From Gnetum montanum (lineage: Eukaryota; Plantae; Gnetophyta): a DNA stretch of 64,000 bases. The stretch's first letter is position 1. Each line of letters starts with the position of its first letter. Below, piece after piece: positions 26,600-40,527 of this stretch. The stretch spans positions 747,889-811,888 of the forward strand of contig MNCI01000542.1 in assembly GCA_015680685.1 (NCBI GenBank), given 5' to 3'. The notes beneath the pieces are model-generated. The model did not search any database. It saw only the letters and a program-made list of their open reading frames with translations, and was not told where the DNA came from. The translations under genes were made by a program, and so were the position numbers.

Positions 26600-29200
26600 A
26601 TGTCTACCTAGTATCTCTATTGTAGTTTTTGGTATTAGATTTTCCTATGAATAAGATATGTAGGATCCTAGACCTACATATCTCTACTTTAGTAATTGAT
26701 CATGCCTCTAACTTAGATCAAGACTTAACTCATTGTAGTAAGTTTAACGTTTATCTTAATCCTAGGAAATTCATCTTTGAAATTCTTATAGGTAAGATGT
26801 TAGGGTTATATTATATCTTAAGATGGAATAGCAATTGAACTTGATAAGGTTAAGTCTATTCTCAATCTTTCATTGCCTAGCAATATTCAAAATATGTGCA
26901 TTTTTTGGATCATCTTCAATTCATTCATCATTTTATCACTAATCTTACCAATTGTCTTCATCCTTTAATTCATTTTCTCTATAAATCAAGCACTTTCATT
27001 TAGAATGAGAAATGTTGAAAAGGCCTTTAATTCTATCTAAGTATTTTTTATCACTCTTCCTATCCTACATCCTCCATAATTTAACAAATTTTTTTACCTA
27101 TATATTTCTAAGTCTAACCATTCCATATCCCCCATGCTTAAGAAGATGGAGTCGATCTTTCTATATACTACATATCTCATCATCTCTTGGACTATATGAC
27201 TAGGTATTCTAACATTGAAAAATAATATCTAATTCTTATGTTTGCTCTTAAAAAGTGAAGAAATTATGTTCTAAATGCTAGAGTATTTATTATATTCAAA
27301 TATAACATTCTTAAGACAATTGTTAACAATTCTTCTAATGATTGTTGCTTAGCTTGTAAAAAAAAAAAAAATTTCTCATTGAGTTTAATCTTTCGTATTT
27401 GTTGTAACATTCTATCAAAGGTTAAGCTATCATTGATCGTATCTCTTCTTTTAAATCTAATAGTATTGTTGATAGTTTATATGATGACATGAAGAATTTA
27501 GATGCAACCTCTTTTTGATCTAGTGTAACTTGTATTTTTGTACTTTCTACTAAACAAATTTTCTATAGAGCTTACAAACTTTAATTTCCATGTACTAATA
27601 ATGTAGTTGAATAGGTGACTTTAATTTGTAGTCTCTTACTATCCTTACAAAATTAAGTTAAAATCATTATTATTTATGATGACTCTTAGCTTATCATATA
27701 TTAAATTAATAGTAAATATGATTGTAAAGCTCCTAATCTTGTTTCTTATCTAGGAATGACTAAGGAACCTATTGTAGTACCTTCAGTAATATTTTACATT
27801 CTAAAAATATGCTAGTTGATGATTTTGCAAATTTTGTAATTTATGGTGATTTGTATTTCATACATAATCAACTTAAATAATTATTTTTCCTAATACTTAT
27901 CACATAGTCTCTTAATATTGTAGCTAATACTATTAATATAAATGATGAAAATTAATAATATGTTTTTCTTATTCATTATCTAACTACTAGGGAAATATCT
28001 ATTCATCTAACAAATGCTCAAAAATATGCTTTACATAAACATAGTCATCATTTCCAATTAGTGAATCCCAATATTTTATATCAAGTTTCTACTATGGATG
28101 TTATTCTATGTTGTCTTAATCTAGGTGATTCTAAGATAGTTTATGATCAAGTTCATTTAGGAGCTTATGGTAGACACTTAGGATCACATTCTTTAACTAT
28201 GTGTGTTATCTCTTTAGGCTATTGGTGGTCAACATTAGATGAAGATGCTTATAATCTAGTTAAAACATGAGATACTTACCAAATAAATGCATTGCTTATC
28301 TATCTTACTTCCTAATAACTTAATATGTCTTAGATTAAATTGTATTTTCAAAAATGGAATCTAGATTTTATTTGTGCTATTAATCCTCAGTCATTTGCCA
28401 AGTACCAATTTATTTTAAATGCTACGAAATATTTTACAAAGTGTGTAGAAGTTATTCCTTTGTATTCTACAAAATCCTACTTCATTTATCATTTCATTCT
28501 TGATCATATTATAATTGCTTTGGTATACCTCTCCAAATTTTAATTAATAATAGACCTCAATTCAAAAGTAAGAATGTAGCTAACTTCTACTTCATATATT
28601 ACATTACTTAATCATTTTAACACCTTACTACCATCAATCTAATGGGAAAGTTAAATGCACTAATAAGACTCTCATCTATTTTCTTGATAAAATGGTCAAT
28701 AAAATCCAATGTAATTGGCACATTAAGCTATTTCTTGCTTTTTGGATCTATCATACTATCTTTTGTATAGCTACTAGTTGTACTTCATATCTTCTAACCT
28801 ATGTTTCCAAGGCAATCTTACTAGTTGAGCTTCATATCCCGTCTCTTTATGTTTCTTTGCAAGATTAGTATTTAGATCAAGACAAAAATAATATGCAATG
28901 CTTTAAGTTTGATCTTCTTGAAATAAAATGTCACACTACTCTTCAACATCTATATGAATATTAAGAAAACAATCAACATTATCATTCCAAACATATCAAA
29001 ATCATAGAGATCCATGAAGGTGATCTAGTCCTTCATCACTTTCTAAATTCAAGAGAACAATGTTTTCCCCCAATTGGCAATGTTTTTTTTAGTAATTTGG
29101 TCTTTACAAAATGATATCTACATCATATCTAATTTGGAAGAACATCCATGTTTATATCCCATTAACAAAAGCTTTTTAAAGTGCTACAAAATATAGCCAA
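26600..29200 (+). pseudogene. Tat-lineage gypsy pol remnant (RT, RNase H, additional RNase H, integrase)
   Basis: LNPRKFIF...GKMLG (RT end); CTNNVVE...(G)DS.L (the extra RNase H typical of Tat); VHLGAYGRHLG...GYWWSTL; FQKWNLDFI...YFTKCVEVIPL; PYYHQSNGKV (integrase). Many stops. Confidence 0.85.
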
Positions 29201-29559
29201 CTATTCTATTACAATATTAAACCTATTGACTATTTGAAACTAAGCATGTATTTTCTCAGTGGCAATTTATTTTTTATATTAGTTTTTTATAGTATAATAA
29301 GATATATATTACATCAAGATTATAGGTTTACTTTAAATGATATTTAACTTACCTTGTTTTGTTACTGAATCTTCCTTATTATCTCATATTTTACTATTTC
29401 TCTATCTATTTTATTTATATTTTTCTATTCTATCTATCCTACTCTCCTTCATGTGCCCAAGAGAATCAATGAGATTTTTGAATGATCAAATATCTCATTA
29501 CTTCATGTGAGGGTATGACTAAGAATATTATTGAGTGAGACAATGATGGGTTACTAATT

Positions 29560-30225
29560 AAATAATATTTATGACATCCTTTTTGGCCATACAGTGTATA
29601 AGATTTAGTCATGCCCTATTTCTATGACATAGCATCATTGTCATGATAGTTGTATTAGTGATATTCTCTTTTCTCCCTTGGATTTTTTCTCTATATGTTT
29701 GTACACTATATATTTTGCTTTCATTATTTCTCTCTTCTTCCTCTCATCCTCTCTCTTTATCTATTTTCATTTCTCTCTATGTTTAGCATTAGTGAGGCTA
29801 AACAAGTATCTCTATCTTGATGTAGTAATGGAGTGTTAACTGTAGCGTGACATGAGGAGTGTAAAAATTTATATGAGTTATGTAAGGAGTAGATCAATTC
29901 TAGGGATCGAGTTGTGTCCCACTTTTGTGTCATAGTAGTTCATCATTGGTGTATTGACAATGTTTCTAATATGCTTTCCCCTTACATTATTATTGTTTAT
30001 TTTTGTTTTTGTCTATCTTCCTATCTTTCTCTATTGCTCTCTCTTCTCATGCTATACATTGGTGAAACTACATGAGTGTCTCTACATTACCCTAGTGAGG
30101 GTGTATTTGAAAGAATTAAGTAGGTTAGAGAGTGCTTTATTAATAGGCTTGTGTGCTTTCTAGGATCTAGTCATGGCCCATCTGTATGACATAACATTCC
30201 TTTGCAAGTCTGTCAACAGTGTTCC
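29560..30225 (+). repeat. Degenerate tandem repeats (about 260-300 bp) in the Tat 3' UTR
   Basis: GAT(T/C)(T/G)AGT..TG.CC.A..T.T.TG.CATA at about 29602, 29905 and 30164, each of the first two followed by a CT-rich tract. Confidence 0.5.
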
Positions 30226-30344
30226 AAATCTTCTTCAACATTATTCTACTTTGTTCAAATTCTCTTATAACTACTTAGCATCTTGTACCTTTTTATTATG
30301 GATTCTCCTTTAAATATTTAGTATTATTCATTAAGAGGAAGCAA

Positions 30345-31680
30345 TGTTATACCCACTTTGGCTTTTCTACATAATTTAGAGTCTTTGGTATACTTTATGG
30401 CATAAACAACTTAAAACCATTTTCAAAATTTCTAATTTCAATGTCTTGAATCATTAGCAACATTGTTTCTAGTTCTCATCATTAATTTCTATTGAAAATG
30501 ATTTCTTACATTATCTACAATGTTATTTTTAGATGTTTTCCTCAATTTTTAGTTTTGACATCTAGTGTCATCTCTTGCATTAATCCTAACTTTAGTTTCT
30601 ACATCAATTTTGATAATGGACACTCAATGTCATTTTTGTTTTTGACACCCAAGGTCAATCCTACCTTTACCTCTCTACATGAACTATATCTTTGACATTT
30701 AAGATTGCTACATACATCATTTCTTCTATTAGAAACTTCTAGAAGTTTTTGTGGACCCCAATGCATTATTTCTTCATATTCTATGAAGCATTTTTAGCCT
30801 ATAAATAGGAGTATGCTTCTAAACAAGAAAAGGTGAGATAGTAGTTTGGATATCTACCAAAACTATAAATAAAGAGAGATATTTTGTTAAAGGAGCATTT
30901 CCCTTTATAATTTCCTCTGTGAACATTAAGATCTCTACGTGTTTTTAGCCTAGTAGAGTTTTTGATTTCCTATTAATTATTTTGTTGATACACTGTATCC
31001 TTATCATTTTATCCTTCTAATACATAGTTAGATCTATGTGTTGACCTAATTCAATGTTTTCCATTATTTTTCCAACTTTCCATCTACATCATCTTTTGTT
31101 ATTCTGATTGAGATCTTCATTAGGAACATGCATCAGTGAGAGAACTAGGATAACACATCCTATCATCAATCACTCTTAGTTTCTAATTGCATCTCAAGAA
31201 TTTTTGCTGCTTCTTACTAAGTTTCTTCTTAGTTATTTCCTTTGTTATTTTTTAAAATTCTAGTAATTTATTTTGCATCTTGTATATGTCTATAGTACAT
31301 TTATTCTACTACCATCTATTCTAGAAGAAAGATCTATTTTTTGTTTTCTTTTTGTTGTATGCTTTTCCTTTTTTGATAATATGCATGCTCTATTCTTTCA
31401 TCTATCTCATTATATATAATGTCAGTACTATTATATCAAGCATACATTATTTCCTTATGCCATGTCTAGTTTGTCTCTAACTGTTATTTCACATGATTTT
31501 CTTTTGCTTAATTCCAGCTTGTGTTTGGAAAAAAATACATACTAGGTTATTAGATTTTCTAATGATCTACAAGTCTCTTTTCAATTTGAAAAGATAATCT
31601 TTAAGCCATTCAGTGGTTGCTTGATGCTTGGCTCATTTCATGTAGAGTTGTGAATTTGAATTACAATGATTCTCACTACA
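30345..31680 (+). mobile_element. 3' LTR of the Tat element
   Basis: Purine tract AAGAGGAAGCAA immediately before TGTTATACCC. CTATAAATAG near 30800. Ends CACTACA. Confidence 0.65.
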
Positions 31681-31699
31681 ACACAAACAATAACAAGTT

Positions 31700-33660
31700 A
31701 AGATGAAGAAGAAAAAAGGTACCTAGGATGCATCCTTGGTGGAGGCGATGCTTAATGGAGTAAGTAAGAATCTTGTTATGATGTACAAAGAAAACATGGA
31801 GCTAGTCTACAAAAATAGAAAATTTCTTAAGATGGAAAAGAAGAAAGAACAACTCAAAGAATACCTTAAGAACATGTTAGAAAAATTAGAAAAAAGTTAA
31901 CATTGATGTATGTACATTAATAGCCAAAAATAGGAATCTCTCCATGTAGGCCATCCATAAAAAATTAGGAATTAAGAAAATTGCCTAGAAAAATGAAGCC
32001 TTGAAGTATGAAAAGCTCAAAATTTATTATGAGAAATAGCTAGTATGAAAAATGATATTAATAAACAAGAGATTTGATTAGCCAAGATAAATATGAATGA
32101 AGCCTTCTAGTAGCTCTAAGGAAATGTGTGGAAGTACATCTTTGATGGATTGAATGCATGTAACAAAGATAAAATCTATATATAGGAGATATAGATCAAG
32201 GAGGTGATAGAATATATGGATTTAGCTAATCTTTACTATATCAATCTTGTAATGCTCATCGTTGGAAGGCCAAAAACTGAGTTGGAAAAATAGATGATCA
32301 ACTTATACTTATTATATGAGAATAAGCACAAACTCCACAAGGGAGTGTGAAAAAAGCTTGAAATAGTTAAAGTAGAGCTTAAGGTCCTAAAAATAATATT
32401 TAAATATCAAAGGATAATTGATAAAATTCTATCCCAAAGAATTAGTGATTACCATTAGCTAAAAAACATAATAAAGTCATATGATGTTGGATGCAAGTAA
32501 TTTGCTATTTTGTTTTTTAGTGTGCTTGAGATGTTTTTCACTTTGTCCTATCCTTGGGAGGTGCCTACAAATACTAATATAAGTAAACTAGCCTAGAGAA
32601 TCAATGATCCCAAGAATGAAAAAAAATGAGAGTATTACTTAATGCTTTTCAACTGAAGTTAATAGCAACATCAGTAGTAGGGTAACCATAGCAAATGCTA
32701 AGATATGAGGATCTACCACAAGAGAAGTACGAGCCACCACCAATTGGCATCACCTAAGACATATATATTCATGCATTTATATATATATGTGCATAAGAAG
32801 TTTTTGTAATGTGATAAATTTTATCAAGAGTAAAAATTTGTAAAACATACATATAAATTTTGTAATGTGCCACTCAAGTCACTTAGTCAAAGACATTCAA
32901 GTCCCTCTCATAATTTTGTTAAAAAACGTAGTTATAGTTTTGTTAAATTAAGGATGATATTTCAATTAGTCATGGGAATATGATGAATCTTTATTTTGTT
33001 AACTGCATTGGCTTAGCAACATTGACACATTAGCATCGATGCATTGTTAGCTTAGTTAATGTAGTAGAATTGATACAAGCACAATAAATGTCTATATGAA
33101 TGCATATACCTACCATATTTATGAAACCATTAAGATAATAGCCTAGATGAACTCTTGTATTTATCTCTTTTAAAAGTTAGAATTCAACACCAAGTGCTTG
33201 TAGCATGAACTATGTGAATTAAATAGTCTTATTCTAGTGACTATGCACTAGAACATATTTTTATGATGATAATAGGATCAAGATTCATATTCCTTCACTA
33301 AAGCACTTGGGTTATTTTAATAATTTTTATATCACAATTTGATTTTAATTATTTTTCTAATTTGTACATGTTTAGTTCATTTTTTCATATTTTGATACAC
33401 TTAATTACACCAAATAAGTACAACTAGATTTAATAATAAACACATTAACATATAATAATCCTAGAAATGCATCACGTGGTATGCCTAGTAGTGGGTACTT
33501 AGTAATCTAACAATGTTAGAATATGTGTAGGATATGTATAGCAAGTTGGGAATAAATGCTCCATGCATAGGTCATATTAGAGATATTTCTTTGTACTTAA
33601 GCTAGATAATTAATAATATTAATAATTTAATAATATTTTGGATAGATTAATAAAAACATC
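31700..33660 (+). mobile_element. Athila-like fragment: accessory-ORF C-terminus, PPT, partial LTR
   Basis: 32290-32500 is homologous to the coiled-coil ORF at 63598-63804. PPT-like AGTCATGGGAATA is followed by TGATG at 32981. Confidence 0.55.
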
Positions 33661-33669
33661 ATCATTGCA

Positions 33670-36600
33670 AACATTATTAGAGGGAGACCCACACAAGATA
33701 ACTTTGATGACCAAAACAAATAGAGGATACAAAACCTAGAAACAAGATAAAACACCATTCGACAATTGGAAAGAAGGGCTACAGAAAATGAGGATAGGGG
33801 CTTAATTGCAAATCATAAATATTAATGCGATGTTTGCCTATATGATCATCCAAAAGGCCAATGCCTAATCTTGTCACATCTACATGAGTATTGGGAAAGA
33901 ATGTTACATCAAGATTTCATATAGAAGTACATGGTTGGATGCATCCCTGTCCCACAATTTTATGAGTAATTCCACAATTTATTGTACTATCCATGGGAAA
34001 ATTCTTATTGGACTCAATACTATGCTCAACCACAATGGCAAAACCCCTATTCATGGAGGATGCCATTGCCAAACTAGCTACACCCTTCATATCACCCAAA
34101 ACTAAGTGCTTATTATGTTTAACACCTTATTTCTCCAACTGGATCAACATCCTCTACTTCACCTTGTCGTTATCACTCTCCTGAGTATCATCAACCCATG
34201 TCCTCTCCTATGAGATCACCACCTTATGTTCCTTACACTTCTCCTCACTCTTAATATTCTCATCCTTCACCTCCTTCTACGTTGCCACCAGCTGCACTGG
34301 AAGGTTTTGCACCACAACACCAACCAACAAACATTACTTGTGCTACTACTGTCAATAGTAGTGGGAGTCCTTCACAACATTGGAAGCATCCTTTCTTTAG
34401 GCATGGCTATAGAAAGAGATAGCATGATTCTAAAACCATTGCATTCTCCAATTCATCACAAGCCCAACATAGTGATGCACCTTCCTCTTCAAACTTAACA
34501 TCTCCTGTTACCTTATTTGGGCCACCAATTAATACTCCAACAACCATGTAGACCAAAGAATATAACAACGTGAGGAGACATATCAATCCTTGCATACCGT
34601 TTTATGGTCACAGGTGCCATAGTGGGTTAGCTTCCTATCACATGACCACATCTTATAATCTACCTCACTATTCCTACTTCAATCAAGTGTTTGAACCTCA
34701 ATTTGCGTATCTTCCTGTCACTACACCAAAAGACACCTAGTGGTTTGGATATGATTGGACCCTAATATTTCCAACATGCATGGATCCTAACTTTCCATTT
34801 ATTAGTTCTTACCATGTTCAAAGGTTTAGTCATGGGGGATACCCCCCATTCTAACAAGAAAAAGTAGTAAATGTTTTTTCTTTTCTTTGGTTTTACAATT
34901 TTTTGTTTTCTAATTTCTCATTTGATCTTTGTGTGGGTAATCTCATTTGTGAAGAAAATACTCATGTAACTAGTTGTTTGAGGTGTTGTTCTATGTTATT
35001 GAGTCACAAGTGACTAATTATTTGGATAGTGAGCCCACAACATCCACCCACCCATTCTATTAATAAGAGGTTCTTGCTCTGGGTATGATGATATTCATGT
35101 TATCATCAAAACTTAAAGTAACTTTGTACTAATTATGCCCAGAGGGAAGAGTGATGGACTAAGAGGGAATGACAAGGATGTGACATCAAGGGGACTTGTG
35201 GATTCTCTTTGGAAATAACTGCATGTGCTATCATGAAACTTGGTTGCATTAAGATCCTTGTAGATCTAATGAACAATGGGAGTAAGATTTGTAATAAAGG
35301 CACTCAATAAAGGAACTCAATGTTATTCTAGGAGGTCCCATTGGAAAGACATGCATCCATGCCTGAAGGTTGGTGGCTTCTCTAGATCACCTTTGGAAAA
35401 GACTACAAGCAAAATGCCAAGTGATCATACGCCTTGCTGTCATGATGCTCTTATGGTTGTCTATCATTGGGATAAAACAATGCAATGTCACTGATCAGAG
35501 GTATGGGCCTGGTTTTGATCTTGGATCGAAAGCCTAATGGTACTTTAATCACACACAACACATAGGATTCATTGCGCCCAGGGTAAGTTACCTCATGTCC
35601 TGATCTCTGTAATCCCTTCTTCAATTTGTCTCATCTCATGGTCCAAGTACCTCTAACTTGTGTCTTGTATGGCAAAGAATTTGTACCTCATAGCAGTTGT
35701 ACTTAATATGTGTGTGTTTTGTTGCATAGGTGTGGGTTTCATTTAACCCTTCTAGTGCCCATGGACATTTTAAGGTGTGGTTATGCAAGGGAATTATAGG
35801 TTGGAACCTACTTTGGGGAGGATCCACTTACATGACTTTTGTAATCTATACTTGTTGCATACCACCACATCATTTTATAACCTCCGAGTACTCCATTCCA
35901 AAATCTATTCTTTCCTTTGTCATCATTTTAATCAAACGTTCCTTAGAACCATTACATGTCCTTTTTCCTCATCCTTTTCAAGGAACTTCATTGTATGACT
36001 CCACTTCATTACCCTTTTGGTGCCTCAATTCCCACTTGCCATTACCCCAAACCTTTCGAATCTACCTCAAATCTTTCAATTTTGGCCCTAAAAACTCGAA
36101 CAATTATCAATTCTACTAAGTACCCTATCTTGATTAGGACATGATATTGGGGATGCGATATTGGGTATTCAATATTGAGTCTAACATAATATCGAGTACG
36201 CATTATTGTGTACACGATATCGTGCCCATAAAAAGTATATATAGGGGACCCCCATGAACTACACACATCATTTTCAATAGTTGACATGAGGGGAGTTCAA
36301 ATTTTTTTCCACAATTTTCAAAGCTTTGTGAGTCTAAATTCAACTTCCAATATTTTTCCCTTTGATACTTCTATCTCTTTTCTGATTAAACCTAATTAAA
36401 CCCAGAGTGTTCAACTTAGTTGTGGGGGAGGGGTATTGTAGAACATGCGCATAATTTTTTTGAAATTTTCTATCATCCAAAGGATATCATAGGAGTAAGT
36501 ACTATCATAAATTCATGCTAAAAAAATTTTCTTCCTTCATCCAAGTCATCTAAGTTATTATATGTGTTACCGAAATAGATCAGGTCTGAAATTAAACTTT

Positions 36601-39600
36601 TAGGGCAACTTCCTTAAGAAATTTCTAACTCTAGAATCACACTAAGAAAAGAATTAAAAATTTATTAGAGATATTGAATAAGGTAAAAGATAACCAAATT
36701 TCTTTAAATAACCTTATTAACAATTGGTCCTTGTGTGATTATAGATGGCCCCCAAAAAGAGGATAGTAGGAAGAACCTTCTCAAGGTGTAACTAAATGCT
36801 CAAGAGGAGGTAGAGGCCAAGGACCTCATGCAGAACATGCAAAGTAGGAGGCATAATCATTCAACATCCATTAGGAAACTCCTGTCACTGCACAATCTAG
36901 TTAAGCAAAATATGGAGAGGTTAGGGCACCAAAACAAGGACAACACCTCATGTTTTTCGTAGAATGTGTTCAAGCCATTCGGGAAAAGTCCACATCCTCT
37001 GCCATGATTGTGGAACTTAATTTTTGGCCTTTTACTGAATTTTCCCTTGAATCAATCAAGAATCTACTTACGGGATCTCCACTATGGCCTATCCTCTCAG
37101 AGGGTGGAGAGTGGTATCTAGGTGAAACATATCAATTTTGGCACAATAAATAAGAAGGAACCATCATTGATATTGGTGGAATTTTTGTAGATTTCTCCAT
37201 GAAGGCTATTGAGGAAGTTTTGAATCTTCCAAATAATGGATCCAAAGTTTCTCATTTGTCCACTCACTTTGATGTATATGTAAGGAAAGTATGGTTAAAA
37301 AGGATGTATGGAAAAGAAGATAAGACATATGGAGAATTAAACCTTGAAGAGACGACTTACGTTAAAATTGACACTTCTCATGTTTTTCTAACAAAGTGTT
37401 TAAATAGAATTTCTACTTATGCAACAAGAAGAAGTGCAATTTTGATGGGCAAGGTTGATGCCAATTTACCTCATCTATATTTAATAGAAATATTAAGATG
37501 ATTTGAAGAACGGGAGATAGGAAAGTTTACACTGCCCTTTCTATGTCTAATCAGGAAGCTATGCTAGCGTGTTGGAATTCTAGGTTACACCAATGATGTC
37601 CTTAGAAAAGCTTAGAATGCTTAATATGATAAATTACTCAAGCCACCAGCACCAAGAAAAGATGTTGGAGTCTGAACAAGAATAGATGGTTGGAGCCATT
37701 ACACCTCAAACAGCAAGGCCTAGCCAACTTCCAAACACAAGGCCTAGCCAAAAATAAGAAGTAGGGCCTAGCATGCAACCCATAGGCTAGTAAGACCAAC
37801 AACTGCTATCACTACCACAAGATTACTGATCGTCGATGAGTTGTTTCAGGGCCATTGTTGAGATGATCAGTTGGGGGAGTAGAGACAAGACCAATCTCTT
37901 CAAGGTGATTGATGATGTTGTACAGCCAACCATATTAATTGATCCTATAAGGAATGAAGTCTCAATTCAATCAGGATGAGGGGAATCACATTGGTCACAA
38001 CAAATCTCTAGAAATGCTATATCATCCCATGTGCAATTAGAAACTGGTGAAGGTGCCATAGTGATGGTCATGCAACACCAGGATGTAGTTGGAGTAGCAT
38101 AGGTGGATACAGACCACATTAAAGAATATTTTAACATTCCTATTATGTCATTAGTAGATCTAATTGGAGCAAGAGATGCTCAATTCCTAACTGGTCCCTC
38201 GATGACTCCCACTATGCATGAGGATGTTCTTAATTGTTTACTGCAGATAGGGCAAGTAATGACTTCTCTGTTTGACATTCTTGTTAATGTCACTATAGTA
38301 CAATCAAACCTCATCACCNAATTAAGAACATCCTCATGCATAGTGGGAGTCATCGAGGGACCAGNNNNNNNNNNNNNNNNNNNNNNNNNNNNTTTGTTGC
38401 TCTCCAAATTGAATGATGGGATTTGTCCCAATTTGTTGCATCTAATTAGTTAGAATCCTTTAGAATAGAGTAATTAAATGAACTGTTAATAGAGAATAAA
38501 AGGATGGTAATGAAAAAATAATAGGCTGATTGGGATGCTTCAAAGGCACAAGCTCAGATGTATGCACATGCCAAAGATCTCAAGGCCTTACAAGAAGAGA
38601 ATAAACTACTTGCTACTGAAAATCTTCATTTGACAATAGTTGAGAAACAAAAGAATGTTCTTGAGGAAAGCCTTCAACAAATGAGAGAATAATTAATAAG
38701 AGTCAACTAAGATATTAGTCAGTTAGCTAGAGAAAACAAAACCCTCTTAATGGAGGAGGTATGTGCCATCCAATAGAAGACAACTATTGAAATAAGTGCA
38801 TGGAAAAATGAGGCTAAGAATAATGAAAGATTAAAGGAGCACTACTGTGACTAGGTGGACATGTACAAGGAAATCATTAAGAAGGAGCTCTGAATGGCCA
38901 AGGCACATATTAAGTTTCTCAGTGCTCAAAACATTGATTGGAAGACCATTCTAGATACTTATGCCCTTGTCCATTAGGTAGACTTAAAAAGCCAGGACCT
39001 ATAGATTCAAGATCTAAAAGAATACATGGAGTTGAAAAATCTACGATATTCCAACTTAGCCATGCTGATAGCAAGATGCTCAAGGAAGGAGCTCAAGAAG
39101 TAGGTAGTAGCCACTTACGTAAGATGTCAAGTTGAGTTTGCCAAACATAAGAAAACATTGTAGAGATTAGAGGTTGCAAACTCTAAATTAAAGTTGGTAA
39201 AGGCCAACTATCAAAGTCAAAAAGATGTAGCAGTAAATTTGGCTTGACAACTTATAGATTACCAAGAACTTAAAGACAAAGCCAGAGTCTATGAATAGGA
39301 ACGATAGCTATTTGTGGCATAGTATGTCAAGGCCAATCAAATGTTTCCATAGCTGCCATGTCATTGGGAAGTGCTAGCTCCCTCAAACATTGGAACATAA
39401 CATGGACAACTCATGATCCTTAGATAGAAGAGGAGAAATTTTAGGTGCTTCTTCAAAGGTATCAATTTCAAAAGCTTGGAGCACAGGACAAAGAAAAGGT
39501 ACCCATGGAGGAGCCACCACCACAGAGAACCACATGAGTTTCACAAGTTTTGTATTTTGTGATGGTTTCTAAATTTCTTTTTCCACACTACAGCATCAAA

Positions 39601-40527
39601 TAATCCATGGTTAATCAATAACCCCATACCTATCCACTGTTTGTAATCGAATGAACTTGTTCCTCATTTTTTTTGACTTGAGGACGAGTTTTTATTTAGG
39701 TGTGGAGGTATGATGAGTCACAGTCTATTAGGCCTCGATATCAAGTATACAATATTGGGTATGCAATATCGTGGCTTGGATACAATATCATATACATGAT
39801 ATCATGATTCCTATGTTAGCTTATAAATACAACACTTAGGTGCACAGTGAGAGGGAATTAAATCATTAGAGAGTTAGAAGTTCTTTTCTTTTGGCAATTT
39901 ACTTTTAGTTTCTTTCTTCCAAACTAGTTATTGCTAGTGCATGCTCATAGTGTGATGTTTGTAATTGTACGACATCTTTGTTCAAGTGTGATGTACTTGG
40001 ACACATGCATGACCAGCAATAAAGACTGAGATTACTTTCATCATTGTAGCATTCACTTAGATTAATTTCATTATTTTAATTATGTAATTATTTAAGGTTT
40101 TCTTTAATTACAGTCTAATTTATTGTTATTTACTTTTCCTATCATTAAGCAGAATGTGTATGCCTTAATCATGAGCGTTTAAGTGTGAATACTTGGCATG
40201 CCCAATAGTAATCCCATGAAGTCCAAGATGTGTATGGATGGATACCATTGCCATAGGCTAATTTAGGTTTTACTCTTATTATTAATTTAATTAGTTTATC
40301 TTTTCTATTATCAAGAGTAGCATAGAGTTAGGACAACATCATATGCCTCACTCTGGACTAAACCATACTTGAAAAAGCTACTACTAGTCCAAGTGGGAAG
40401 ATAGCAAATTACAATCAATGTATAACTGTCTAGGTGCCACAACTAGGCCATCCATGGGGTTTGACTAGATTGCACGTACATGCTCGTATTTGTATGGTTG
40501 AGTGTAGGGGTACCTCGCCGCACATTA
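33670..40527 (+). mobile_element. Athila-like pol-less element (5'-truncated): gag C-terminus, long UTR, accessory ORF, 3' LTR 39711-40527
   Basis: Colinear homology with 51534-54690 (reverse complement). CLYDHPKGQC knuckle near 33830. PPT GTGGAGGTA precedes TGATG at 39711. LTR end GAGTGTAGGGGTACCTCGCC. Confidence 0.8.
36745..39537 (+). pseudogene. Accessory (Athila env-like position) ORF remnant with long coiled-coil C-terminus
   Basis: Starts MAPKKR directly after a TAG acceptor. VDFSMKAIEEVLNLP resembles plant transposon/Athila accessory domains. E/K/Q-rich remnants at 38500-39300. Contains stops, frameshifts and an assembly gap. Confidence 0.55.

Noticed and set aside
38191-38364. Perfect 45-bp inverted repeat (hairpin or miRNA-like)
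   Set aside because: The second arm is bounded by Ns on both sides, indicating a misoriented gap-fill.
32981-40527. 32981 LTR as the 5' LTR of the element ending at 40527
   Set aside because: Its U3 sequence does not match 39711 onward and it lacks the shared U5 end and a clear PBS, so it is more likely a deletion junction between two elements.
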